A DNA stretch of 64,000 nt, taken from NCBI GenBank assembly GCA_034090985.1, contig JAXDRN010000009.1, forward strand, positions 11,563 through 75,562, in the 5' to 3' direction. The first letter of the stretch is position 1. Each line of letters begins with the position of its first letter. Origin of the DNA: Rothia sp. (in: high G+C Gram-positive bacteria). GTDB taxonomy: Bacteria; Actinomycetota; Actinomycetes; Actinomycetales; Micrococcaceae. Below the pieces are notes generated by a model. It ran no database searches. It saw nothing but the letters and a program-made list of their open reading frames with translations, and was not told where the DNA came from. The translations under genes were made by a program, and so were the position numbers. This document shows positions 18,811 to 28,099 of this stretch, in pieces.

Positions 18811-19709
18811 TTTTCAGCCTCATAGGGGTCGTAGAGCTGGCGGGCGGGCTGCTGCCTGAGAACCTGGTAGCGTAAGGCCCCCTCCAGGCGGCCCAGATTC
18901 CACCAAAAGCCCTGGTAGTCCCCCTCATCAGCCCTTCTGCTGATCAGGGGGGCCGCTGCCCCAGCCAGCTGGCGAACTAGGCGGCGCACAGGGGGCTGCT
19001 GGCCCCTAAAATCCTCTGAAAAATTCTGGCCCAGCTGAATCCAGGTTCGCCCATAGGAGCGGATCTGCCGGCCCCGGCTGGCCTGATGGGGCCGCTGCCG
19101 GTAGGCGATCAGGGCAGCAGGAATCCACTCCATCTGATAACCGGCTCTCAGGGCCCTGAGGCAGAAGTCAACCTCATCATGCCCGCCCCGGTAGGAGCAG
19201 TCAAAGCCAGAAATGGTATCAAAGACCTCCCGCCGAAAGCCCATGCTGGCGCCCAAAAGATAGGGTTTACCTGCCAGAACCTCTGGCTGGTCAGTGACCA
19301 GCTCACCTAGGCGGTAGCTAGCGGTCTCAGGCTCATAGACCAGTTTCCGGTGGCCGCTACCGACCAGGTCAGCCTCCTCTAGGCCAGCGGCCATTCTCTC
19401 AAGCCAGTCCCTCTCAACCCGATCGTCAGCATCACAGATCAAGATGTACTGGCCTAAGGCAGCTGCAACCCCCAGATTACGGGCATAGTTCACCCCCTGC
19501 TGGGCTGAAGAATCAACAATCCTCAGCCGGGGGCAGCTAAGCTGGTAGGCCTCAAGTAGGGCCAGGGTCTGATCCCTTGACCCATTATTCGAGACGATAA
19601 TTTCATCAGGCAGGCGGCTGCCAGCCATCAGAGCGTCTAGCTGCTCAAGAATAAAATCCTGAGCATTATAGGTAGGAATAACAACAGAAACCTTAGGCCT
19701 GGGGGGCAC
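18807..19709 (-). CDS. Glycosyltransferase family 2
   Basis: VSVVIPTYN, NNGSRD, ARNLG, CDADD, GGHDEVD. Confidence 0.88.
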   Translation of the reverse strand: MPPRPKVSVVIPTYNAQDFILEQLDALMAGSRLPDEIIVSNNGSRDQTLALLEAYQLSCPRLRIVDSSAQQGVNYARNLGVAAALGQYILICDADDRVERDWLERMAAGLEEADLVGSGHRKLVYEPETASYRLGELVTDQPEVLAGKPYLLGASMGFRREVFDTISGFDCSYRGGHDEVDFCLRALRAGYQMEWIPAALIAYRQRPHQASRGRQIRSYGRTWIQLGQNFSEDFRGQQPPVRRLVRQLAGAAAPLISRRADEGDYQGFWWNLGRLEGALRYQVLRQQPARQLYDPYEAEN

Positions 19710-20898
19710 CGTACACCTCCTGAACCCGCCGCCGGTAGGCGGCAGATGAATAGTAGTTCACTGCCTCAACCCTGCTTGAAGCAGCCTGAGACCGATAGGG
19801 GGCAGGATTTGCTAGAACCTGATTGACCGCCTCAGCAAAGGTCTGGGGCAGATTTGTCACCGCAGCAGCCCAGCTGTTCTTGCCAACCCCCTCCATTCCG
19901 GCCCAGGTTGAGACAAGGGGTAGGCCCCGCAAGAGAGCATCTAGGGTCTTAAACTTAACCCCGCTACCTAGGTGAATGGGGGCAACAGCTAAGCTGGCCC
20001 GGGCGTAGACCGGTTCAAGGTCATCCACAAAGCCAAGTAGCTCAATTCGCTGATCCTGGGCAGCCGTGCTCACCAGCTCATCCAGGGCACCAGCACCTGC
20101 TATCTTCAAGGTTGCTAGAGGGTGCTCCTTCCAGACCTTGGGCAGGACCTCCCTAATAAACCAGATCATGGCCTGATGGTTTTCCCAGCGGTACATAGTA
20201 CCCACAAAAAGGATTTCCTTCCCCTCTGTCTTAGGGGGCAGAACCTTCTGCTGATCAATATAAACAGGCGGAGCTAGCACCTTAATCTTAGGCCGATCAT
20301 GGGGGCGTAGGGGCAAAAGCTTCCGGTCCTTTTCTGAAAGAACCAGGGCCTGGTCCAGGTATCTGCCAGCTAACCGATCAAAGAAGGCAGAACCCTTCCC
20401 CTGCAGAGTCCAGGTCAGGGCCTTAAGCTGCCCCTTAAAGTCCTTACTCTCCTGCTGACTCCTGCGATCCATCCGCTGCTGGTTAACGTCGTGAAAGGTA
20501 GCCAGCAGCTGAGCTGAAGGATTAATCCTAGCCAGGGCGGGGGCCAAGGCTGCGATAGAAGACCACTGCAGGTCAATGATCGAGGCCTGGGCAAGGAGCC
20601 TTCGGGCCTGAGGGTCTGACGTCAGCACCTGAAGAATACCTAAGGAAGGCATCCAGGTATTGAAGCGGGCCTTTAGGCGGTCAAGCCTAGCTAGCAGGGC
20701 TGAGGGTTCTGGAAGGAAATAATGCTCCACATCGTACTGCCCCTCAAAGGCCTGCCGGGGCCTAGGTGCCATAAAAATTGGCCGGTGCCCTAGGTCTACT
20801 AAGGTCAGATAAAGCTCACGAATGAGCCGCTCACCAGCACTTGTTGGCTCAGGCTTAGGAACTTCAGGGGAAAGAATAACTACAGAATACTGGTTCAT
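19693..20898 (-). CDS. Glycosyltransferase family 4 (Glyco_trans_1_4 type)
   Basis: ILFVGTM...N..AM.WF, LGFVDDL, GSGVKFKTLDAL. Confidence 0.82.
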   Translation of the reverse strand: MNQYSVVILSPEVPKPEPTSAGERLIRELYLTLVDLGHRPIFMAPRPRQAFEGQYDVEHYFLPEPSALLARLDRLKARFNTWMPSLGILQVLTSDPQARRLLAQASIIDLQWSSIAALAPALARINPSAQLLATFHDVNQQRMDRRSQQESKDFKGQLKALTWTLQGKGSAFFDRLAGRYLDQALVLSEKDRKLLPLRPHDRPKIKVLAPPVYIDQQKVLPPKTEGKEILFVGTMYRWENHQAMIWFIREVLPKVWKEHPLATLKIAGAGALDELVSTAAQDQRIELLGFVDDLEPVYARASLAVAPIHLGSGVKFKTLDALLRGLPLVSTWAGMEGVGKNSWAAAVTNLPQTFAEAVNQVLANPAPYRSQAASSRVEAVNYYSSAAYRRRVQEVYGAPQA

Positions 20899-22682
20899 GC
20901 TAGCTTCCCCAATTCAACGAGTTCCCTAAAATCAGGTTCGCTAGCTACCAGCTCTTCAAAGCTTCCCTGGGCCTTCAGTCTGCCATCGGCTAGATAGAAG
21001 ATCAGGTCTGCTCCCTTAATGGTCGATAGGCGGTGAGCCACCATAATGATGGTCATATCCCCCTTGAGCTGCTCAATCGTTTGGGTGATCTTGTGCTCTG
21101 TCTTGTTATCAAGGGCAGAGGTAGCTTCATCGAGCACCAGCAAACTGGGCTTGCGGTAGAGGGCCCGGGCAATGCCCAGCCGCTGCCTCTGGCCGCCAGA
21201 AAGACGGGCCCCATCTTGACCTAGTTCCTGATCCAGGCCCTGGGGCAGGCTAGCCAGCAGATCACCTAGTTCAGCAGCCTCAAGGGCCCGAAGAACCTGG
21301 TCACGGTCAATCTGCTCTTCAGGAAGGCCAAAGGCCACATTGTGGGCTAGGCTGCCAGGAAGAACATACACCTGCTGGGGAACAACCCCTGCAGCCCTCT
21401 GCCAGGCTTTCAGGTCCTCTTTGAGGGGGCTTCCCCCGCAGAGAATCTGCCCCTGGTCAGGCTCTAGCAGGCCCAGAATAAGATCCACCAGGGTAGACTT
21501 ACCCGACCCTGAGGGCCCAACAAAGGCGACTGTGCTCTTTTCTGGGATAGTCAGGCTCATCTGCTTAAGGACCGGCTCCTGGTCTGCCTGGTAGGCATAG
21601 GTGACCCGATCAACGACAAGGTCCCCCTGGGGGCTCTTACCCCCGCTGGGTAGGTCTGAGTAGAAGGATAGCTGGCGCAGGGATTCAATCTCCCGGTTAA
21701 TGAGGGTCATGCCGGCAGACCCAGCCCTGATAACGTTCATCGAGGCCATAGCAGCGTTGATGGCAGGAATCAGACGCACCGCTGCCACGCTAAAGACGCC
21801 CATGGTGGCCAGGGCCTGAGCCTGATCCTGAGTAGAAAAGAGAAAAATTGCCAGTAGGGCTAGGCCTAGAACAAATACAATTTCAATAATGTATCGGGGA
21901 AGTTCGGTAAGAATTGTCTGCTCACGCTGCCCTTTGGCGCGAATAGACACACCCCTGTCGTACTCATCAGTAAAGTACTTTGCTACACCAAAAAGGCGCA
22001 TTTCCCTAAATGCAGTAAGAGCCGGCATTGAAGAATACCAGTTAATATAGTCTGATTCTGTGTACTGATGACTAATTGCAACCAACCGCCGCTTCAGAAG
22101 GGCAGGAACCAGGTAACCAGTACCAGCAAACAATAGCAGGGCCACCAGGGCAGCAAGAGGGGAAACCCAAAAGACAATTACAAAGATAAAAGTAACGGTC
22201 AGCAGGTTAGTCAGCAGGCTCAAGGATCCAAAAAAGGCCTGACCAAAGCTCTGGGGGATCGCTGTTGCCAGGTTGGTATGCAGGGTAGAAAGATCCCTCT
22301 GCCGGTGCACCTGGTAGGGGCTATCAAGATAAAGAGAGAGCAGTTTTACCCGAGCAGAACGCTCAACCTTGACCATAAATCCAGCCTGCCACCAGCGAAA
22401 GGCGATGGTAACAAGACCCTTGAGAACAAAGGCCGCCACCACCAAGCAGGCCACCAGGCTAATGAGCTGCTGACGTTCCTGTAGGCCAGTTAGGTTGACG
22501 AGGACCTGAATCAGTGGATTATCCAGGCCCTGGCCAGAGGCCAACAGGAGCAGAGGGTAGGTGGCCAGAACTCCGGTGAGCTCCAGCAGGGAGACCACAA
22601 AGGCCCCCAGGACAGAAAGGATTATCCTTGATTTGACCGGGTAGTCAACAAGGAAAAATAGGGTGCGGAAACTATTCAACAT
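20895..22682 (-). CDS. ABC exporter, fused TMD+NBD (PglK/MsbA-like glycan flippase)
   Basis: N-terminal TM helices; GPSGSGKST, LSGGQRQR, LDEATSALD, VAHRL; co-transcribed with two glycosyltransferases. Confidence 0.85.
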   Translation of the reverse strand: MLNSFRTLFFLVDYPVKSRIILSVLGAFVVSLLELTGVLATYPLLLLASGQGLDNPLIQVLVNLTGLQERQQLISLVACLVVAAFVLKGLVTIAFRWWQAGFMVKVERSARVKLLSLYLDSPYQVHRQRDLSTLHTNLATAIPQSFGQAFFGSLSLLTNLLTVTFIFVIVFWVSPLAALVALLLFAGTGYLVPALLKRRLVAISHQYTESDYINWYSSMPALTAFREMRLFGVAKYFTDEYDRGVSIRAKGQREQTILTELPRYIIEIVFVLGLALLAIFLFSTQDQAQALATMGVFSVAAVRLIPAINAAMASMNVIRAGSAGMTLINREIESLRQLSFYSDLPSGGKSPQGDLVVDRVTYAYQADQEPVLKQMSLTIPEKSTVAFVGPSGSGKSTLVDLILGLLEPDQGQILCGGSPLKEDLKAWQRAAGVVPQQVYVLPGSLAHNVAFGLPEEQIDRDQVLRALEAAELGDLLASLPQGLDQELGQDGARLSGGQRQRLGIARALYRKPSLLVLDEATSALDNKTEHKITQTIEQLKGDMTIIMVAHRLSTIKGADLIFYLADGRLKAQGSFEELVASEPDFRELVELGKLA

Positions 22683-22770
22683 AGCCTTAAATTATGAGTG
22701 TGTTTACGAGTGATACACCCATACTAGCGGCTATGGCAAATATATGCACCCACCCAAAATATAAAACAAA

Positions 22771-23682
22771 CTAAAAAATGTAGACAATTGTGGGGCCAGA
22801 GCCAGAAACAAGACTAGTCACACCGGGATTTTCCTGCTCAGTAACTTCTAAAACTTTTTTCAACTGAGGCTGAAGAGTCAGGGCAGGGGCAGCCAAATCA
22901 TTCCGAACAAGAGAAGCCAAAGCAGGCAGCCGCTCAGCCTTAGGAGCCCTAGAGGTCAAAAGATCCAGCAGCTCAGCCGGAACCTCTAAATTCTCATCCG
23001 CAGCAGGGTAGCGGCCAGCAGCCCGCCCAGCATCCAGCTCCCTAAAAACAGCAGGCGTAGAAAGACCTTCAGAAGAGGGAACAAAACCAAAACTCAAAGG
23101 CTCAACCCCCGCAGGAAGCTCAAGGGGAGTCAGCTGATCGCCAACCCCCCGCCCCAGGGCCAAACCACCCAGCAGGGCAAAGGGAACATCGGCCCCCAGG
23201 GGGGCAGCTAAGTCTAAAAGACGCTCAAGAGGCAGAGGCTCCGAGGCGTAGCCCTCCCCCACCAGGTAGGCGTCCATAGCCTTCATAGCAGCAGCAGCAT
23301 CAGCAGAGCCACCACCCATACCGCCAGCTACCGGCACCGCCTTCTCAATATGCAGCTCCAGGGCAAGGTCAGCTACCTTCAGCCCCCTTTCCCCCAAAAC
23401 CGCCTCAGCCCCCCGGTAGGCCAGGTTACTCTCATCCAGGGGAACCTGGGCAGGGTCAAAGGCGCCAGCAGCAACCTGCCGAGCCACAGGAGAATCAGGC
23501 TGAACACTCATAGTCTGCTTCAGACCAGGCAGAGTCCCCCGACTCATAGTGACCCGCTCCTCTAGCTGGGTAGCGGCATAAAGAGAAGCAACCTCATGGT
23601 AGCCATCTGCCCGAAGGGGGCCAACAGCCAGGTAAAGATTCACCTTGCCAGGAGCACTTGCCCTATAGGTAGAAGCTTGCAT
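22771..23682 (-). CDS. ispE: 4-diphosphocytidyl-2-C-methyl-D-erythritol kinase, apparently missing its C-terminal tail
   Basis: PGKVNL, KAVPVAGGMGGGSADAA, LGADVPF, NDL, VSGSGPT; stop follows only 5 residues after SGSGPT. Confidence 0.88.
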   Translation of the reverse strand: MQASTYRASAPGKVNLYLAVGPLRADGYHEVASLYAATQLEERVTMSRGTLPGLKQTMSVQPDSPVARQVAAGAFDPAQVPLDESNLAYRGAEAVLGERGLKVADLALELHIEKAVPVAGGMGGGSADAAAAMKAMDAYLVGEGYASEPLPLERLLDLAAPLGADVPFALLGGLALGRGVGDQLTPLELPAGVEPLSFGFVPSSEGLSTPAVFRELDAGRAAGRYPAADENLEVPAELLDLLTSRAPKAERLPALASLVRNDLAAPALTLQPQLKKVLEVTEQENPGVTSLVSGSGPTIVYIF

Positions 23683-23683
23683 T

Positions 23684-24583
23684 CTAGGCCTCCTTCCCCT
23701 CTAAGGGCTGATTCTTGAAGGCCCGAGCTGCCTCAGCGATCTTAATAAAGTCAAAAATATCCAGCTTCTCCCCCCTCAGCTGAGGATCAATCCCAGCCAG
23801 CTGCAGAATCTCACCGGCCCGAGCAGCTGAGCCGGCCCAGGTGGCCAGGGCAGCCCTCAGAGTCTTCCTCCGCTGGGCAAAAGCAGCATCAATGAGGGCA
23901 AAAACCTCTTCCCGGGGAAGGTCAGAAAGCAGGTGGGGGCGACGTTTGAAGGCCACCAGGCCCGACTTAATCTTAGGGGCAGGCCAAAAAACATTAGTTC
24001 CAATCACCCCGGCCTTTTCTACCTGGGCAAACCAGTTAGCCTTCACCGAAGGCACCCCGTAAATCTTCGACCCCGGCTGGGCTGAAAGCCGGTCAGCGAC
24101 CTCGTCCTGAACCATCACCAGGGCATGCTCAATAGAGGGGAAGGTAGCAAACATGTGCAAGAGCACCGGAACAGCCACATTGTAAGGCAGGTTTGCGACC
24201 AGGGCTGAGGGGGTGCGGGGCAGGTCAGTTACCTTCATAGCATCCGATAAGACCACATCAAGGCGGTCCTCTGAGCCTGGGCGAAACTTAGCTATCGTAG
24301 CCGGCAGCTGCTGGGCTAGGGGTGGGTCAATCTCAACAGCAACCATGTCACGGGCAGCATCCAAAATACCTAGGGTCAAAGAACCCAGGCCGGGGCCCAC
24401 CTCAACCACGGTCTCATCAGGGCTAATTTGAGCCGCTGCAATAATACGCCGGATCGTGTTTGGGTCAATCACGAAGTTCTGCCCCAGGGTTTTAGTGGGG
24501 CGAATTCCCAGCTGGGCAGCCAGGTCACGGATTTCTTGGGGTCCAAGCAGGTTTGAGCTTGCAGAAGATTGCTGTTCAGTCAC
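23684..24583 (-). CDS. rsmA: 16S rRNA (A1518/A1519) dimethyltransferase
   Basis: [34 protein letters not shown]. Confidence 0.96.
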   Translation of the reverse strand: MTEQQSSASSNLLGPQEIRDLAAQLGIRPTKTLGQNFVIDPNTIRRIIAAAQISPDETVVEVGPGLGSLTLGILDAARDMVAVEIDPPLAQQLPATIAKFRPGSEDRLDVVLSDAMKVTDLPRTPSALVANLPYNVAVPVLLHMFATFPSIEHALVMVQDEVADRLSAQPGSKIYGVPSVKANWFAQVEKAGVIGTNVFWPAPKIKSGLVAFKRRPHLLSDLPREEVFALIDAAFAQRRKTLRAALATWAGSAARAGEILQLAGIDPQLRGEKLDIFDFIKIAEAARAFKNQPLEGKEA

Positions 24584-24633
24584 CCCCCTAGTCTACCGGC
24601 GGAGCCAGAAGAAAGGGTAGCCCCCGCCCCCGC

Positions 24634-25713
24634 CTAAAAGCCCTCAATCCCCCAAGAACCATAGGCAGCCACAGAGTTCTCTCTAATATTCCGGCACAGT
24701 TCAGCCAAATCAGCCCCCAGATAATCGGCCATAAAACGAACCGTATAGTTCGTCATATAGCTAGCATTCGGCCGCCCCCTAAAGGGGTGGGGGGTCAAGA
24801 AGGGGGCATCAGTCTCAGCCAAAATCAGCTCCCGGCGGGCCAGTTTCAAGGACTCCTGGATCTGCTGAGAATTCTTGAAGGTCACAGTCCCAGCAAAGCT
24901 CATATACCAGCCCCGCTCATTACAGATTTCAGCTAAGTCCGGTCCCCCTGAGTAGCAGTGAAAAATGACGGTCTCTGGGGCGCCCTCATCCTCAAGGATT
25001 CTTACAACCTCCTGGTGGGCATCTCGATCATGAATCTGCACCGCCTTGCCGTGCTTTTTAGCCAGACGAATATGGGCCCGGAAGGACTCCTCCTGGGCAG
25101 CCCTACCCTCTTCCCCGGTCCTAAAAAAGTCAAGACCGGTCTCGCCCAGGGCCCGAACCCGCGGCTCAGCAGCCAGCTGATCAATGACCTCTAAGGCCTG
25201 GCCCAGAAGGCCAGCTTCAGCCAGCTTGGGAGCCTCATTAGGGTGAAGGGCCACCGCCGCTAAAACCCGCCGGTCAGCCCGGGCAGCCTGCACCGCATAG
25301 AGGGAGCTTGGAAGGTCACAGCCCACCTGCACAATAGCCCCAATGCCCAGGGCCTGGCCGGTATCTAGGGCGTCCCGGGCGCTGATAGCAACCTCGCCAT
25401 CCAGCAGGTCCATGTGGGTGTGGTTATCAGCAATCGGCTCAGGTAGGGGGGCTGGGGCGGGGGGAAAGAGCAGGTTGCGGCGGCGGCCGTCCTGGCCAGT
25501 TTGCCCCCGGCGGCGGGTGCCCTCCCCGCTCGGTTCCGGCTCAAGCCGGTAGCGTTCAGCCTGGTAGGCTGGGGGGATTTCTCCCTCTTGAATCGGCTCA
25601 GGGCTGCTGAAGATACTGGCCCTCTGCTCGGCCTCACTGGGCAGGTAGGCTGCCAGGCTCTGGGCTAGTTCAAGCAGATCAGCTTCACTTAGCGTCTTCT
25701 CACTGGTGCACAT
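24634..25713 (-). CDS. tatD: TatD family nuclease with N-terminal extension
   Basis: DNHTH, LHPN, GETGLD, IHDRDA, HCYSG, ETDAPF. Confidence 0.92.
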   Translation of the reverse strand: MCTSEKTLSEADLLELAQSLAAYLPSEAEQRASIFSSPEPIQEGEIPPAYQAERYRLEPEPSGEGTRRRGQTGQDGRRRNLLFPPAPAPLPEPIADNHTHMDLLDGEVAISARDALDTGQALGIGAIVQVGCDLPSSLYAVQAARADRRVLAAVALHPNEAPKLAEAGLLGQALEVIDQLAAEPRVRALGETGLDFFRTGEEGRAAQEESFRAHIRLAKKHGKAVQIHDRDAHQEVVRILEDEGAPETVIFHCYSGGPDLAEICNERGWYMSFAGTVTFKNSQQIQESLKLARRELILAETDAPFLTPHPFRGRPNASYMTNYTVRFMADYLGADLAELCRNIRENSVAAYGSWGIEGF

Positions 25714-25719
25714 TCTGAT

Positions 25720-26679
25720 CTAACCTTCCTGGTCTTTGAGGGCCAAGGTGGCCTGGTAGAGGTCCCGCTTTGAGACCCTGTGGCTTTCTGCAACCTGGGC
25801 GCAGGCCTCCTTGAGGCGCAGGCCGCCAGCTACAAGCTCTAGAACTAGGCCGGTCAAATCTGCCGCCTCTTCAGCCTCAGGGGCAGCTGCCCCCTCTAGC
25901 ACAAGCGCAATTTCGCCCTTAATCTGCTTAGATTCTGCCCAGCTGATGGCCTCTTCTAGGCTGGCACGAACCACTTCTTCATGGAGCTTAGTCATTTCCC
26001 GGCAGACAGCTACCCGCCGCTGGGGGCCAAAGGTCTGGGCAAAATCCTTCAGGGTAGCTAGTAGCCGGTGGGGGGACTCATAGAAAATCATGGTCCGCTC
26101 CTCGTGGGCAAGCAGGGCCAGGCGGCGGCTACGATCGCTACCCTTGCGGGCCAAGAAACCCTCAAAGGTGAAGCGGCCGCTGGGCAGGCCTGAAAGGGCC
26201 AGGGCAGTAATGGCAGCTGATGGGCCGGGCAGGGCGGTGAGGGGAAGGTCGGCTGCGGCGACGGCGGCTGCAGCCAGGTAGCCGGGGTCAGAAACTGCTG
26301 GCATACCCGCATCTGATAGGAGCAGGACAGTCTGACCGGCAGCTACGGCCTCAGCGATCTGCTGGGCCCTGACCGCTTCGTTGTGGTCGTGGTTGACCAG
26401 AACCCTTCCCCGGGTGCTGACCCCTAAGCCTGCAGCTAGTTTCTTGAGGGTTCTGCTATCTTCAACGGCAAGGATGTCGGCGCTGGCTAGGGCCTCTTTG
26501 AGGCGGGGGGAGGCGTCAGAAAGGTTGCCGATGGGCGTTCCGCCCAGGATCAAAATCCCTTCAGCTCCTTGCCCTAAGGCAGCTTCCTTAGGCTGCCTAG
26601 CCTGCTCTTCTGAGGCTGAGCCTTCTTCAGGCCTGCCTGCGCCTATCTCATGTGCTTTCTTGCTCTTCTGGGCTTCCAT
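25720..26679 (-). CDS. rsmI: 16S rRNA C1402 2'-O-methyltransferase
   Basis: TPIGNLSD, EDSR, SDAGMPAVSDPG, PGPSA, YESPHR, REMTKLHEE; start moved to ATG 26679. Confidence 0.93.
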   Translation of the reverse strand: MEAQKSKKAHEIGAGRPEEGSASEEQARQPKEAALGQGAEGILILGGTPIGNLSDASPRLKEALASADILAVEDSRTLKKLAAGLGVSTRGRVLVNHDHNEAVRAQQIAEAVAAGQTVLLLSDAGMPAVSDPGYLAAAAVAAADLPLTALPGPSAAITALALSGLPSGRFTFEGFLARKGSDRSRRLALLAHEERTMIFYESPHRLLATLKDFAQTFGPQRRVAVCREMTKLHEEVVRASLEEAISWAESKQIKGEIALVLEGAAAPEAEEAADLTGLVLELVAGGLRLKEACAQVAESHRVSKRDLYQATLALKDQEG

Positions 26680-26751
26680 AGTTTCTAACCCTACTACCTT
26701 CCCCGCCCTCGCGCTCCCCTGCCCGGCCGCCCCCTCATCCCCCGCCCCCAA

Positions 26752-26818
26752 CCCTATGTACCAGCTCAGTCTGTAAATCCTCAGATTCTCTGCGGATTTA
26801 CAGAGCCTGTTGGTACAT
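26752..26818. repeat. 67-bp palindromic direct repeat, copy 1
   Basis: CCCTATGTACCAGCTCAGTCTGTAAATCCTCAGATTCTCTGCGGATTTACAGAGCCTGTTGGTACAT, identical to 27990-28056; internal arms ATGTACCA/TGGTACAT and TCTGTAAATCC/GGATTTACAGA. Confidence 0.92.
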
Positions 26819-27053
26819 TGCCGGATGGAGGGCAGCGGAGGCCGTGCAGGAGGCCGAGCAGGAAGCCGCGCAGGAGGCCGCAGGAACCAGGTAACCTGTG
26901 GACAAAACCTGCCCCAGTAAAGCAACATTCCTTCACCCTTTCAGCTCCTTACGCCTGCCCAGGGGGCCTTTCGCCCTCAAAAGCAGGCCTAACCCTTATC
27001 CACTGCTCACAGGCAAAGCATCCCCTCCTCCCTCAAGGAACCATACTTGCAGC

Positions 27054-27953
27054 ATGAATTTCACCAGCATCCTCACACAAGTTTTTAGCCATCGAGACCT
27101 GATCAAGCTAGGCTACAGCGCCGGAGGAATAGCCCAGCAGGTCAAGCGCCAGCAGCTTCTACCCCTGCTCCCTGGAACCTACACCACGGACCCCAACTAC
27201 AAGCAGCTCAAGCCCTACCAGCAGTACCCCTATTTTCTTGCCGCTGCCTACCGCAAAAATCCTGCCACCGTCTTCACCCACCAGTCAGCAGCCTGGCTCC
27301 ATGGCCTAGCCCTTCTGGGGCAAGGCCCAGTTGATATTTACAGCCCACCTAACTCCCGGGGCCGGCCCCAGGGAATCCGCAAACACTACTGGAGCAAACC
27401 CCCACAGATCCTGCTAACCCCTGAGCTCATCAGGATTACTTCATTGGAGCAAACCTTACGGGACTGCTGCTGCTTTCTAGGGCCGGCGGCCGCCCTTATC
27501 ACCGTTGAATCAGCTCTTTTTCAGGGTAAGTGCCAGGCTGAAGACCTTGCCCCCTTTCTGGCCCGGGCAGCCGGACGGGGTCGGGCTAAGGCCCGGCTGA
27601 TTGCCCACATTATGAGTAAGCTCAGCGAAAGCCCTGGTGAGAGCCTGCTGAAGTGGATCTTACATTCTAGCCATTTGCCCATGCCCGAACAGCAGGTTGA
27701 GGTTTCTGCTGGCGGGGAAAGGTTCCGTCTTGATTTTGCCTACCGTGAGCAGAAGCTGGGAATCGAGTTTGATGGGCAGGTGAAGTACTTTGACTATGGG
27801 AACACTTCTCAGGCGGTCTATGATGAACTGCGCCGGGAGAAGAAGTTAAAGAATGAAGGCTGGATGATCTTGCGCTTTGACTGGTCTGATGTTTATAGCC
27901 GCCCAGATTCAGTCATCTTTCAGCTGGCCCAGGCTCTTCACAGCCGCAGCTAG
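27054..27953 (+). CDS. AbiEi-like wHTH + DUF559/Vsr-like PD-(D/E)XK endonuclease family protein
   Basis: FTHQSAAWLHGL, TSLEQTLRD, SESPGES, RLDFAY...IEFDG, GWMILRFDWSDV; start moved to ATG 27054 (CATACT-N6-ATG). Confidence 0.75.
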   Translation: MNFTSILTQVFSHRDLIKLGYSAGGIAQQVKRQQLLPLLPGTYTTDPNYKQLKPYQQYPYFLAAAYRKNPATVFTHQSAAWLHGLALLGQGPVDIYSPPNSRGRPQGIRKHYWSKPPQILLTPELIRITSLEQTLRDCCCFLGPAAALITVESALFQGKCQAEDLAPFLARAAGRGRAKARLIAHIMSKLSESPGESLLKWILHSSHLPMPEQQVEVSAGGERFRLDFAYREQKLGIEFDGQVKYFDYGNTSQAVYDELRREKKLKNEGWMILRFDWSDVYSRPDSVIFQLAQALHSRS

Positions 27954-27989
27954 CCCTCCCCTCCTCCCACACCTCTCCCCCTCCTACAC

Positions 27990-28056
27990 CCCTATGTACC
28001 AGCTCAGTCTGTAAATCCTCAGATTCTCTGCGGATTTACAGAGCCTGTTGGTACAT
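27990..28056. repeat. 67-bp palindromic direct repeat, copy 2
   Basis: Identical to 26752-26818, same orientation. Confidence 0.92.
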
Positions 28057-28099
28057 AGCAGAGAGGGGTTGGTTAGCTGGCGGTGCTAGCATAGCTAGG

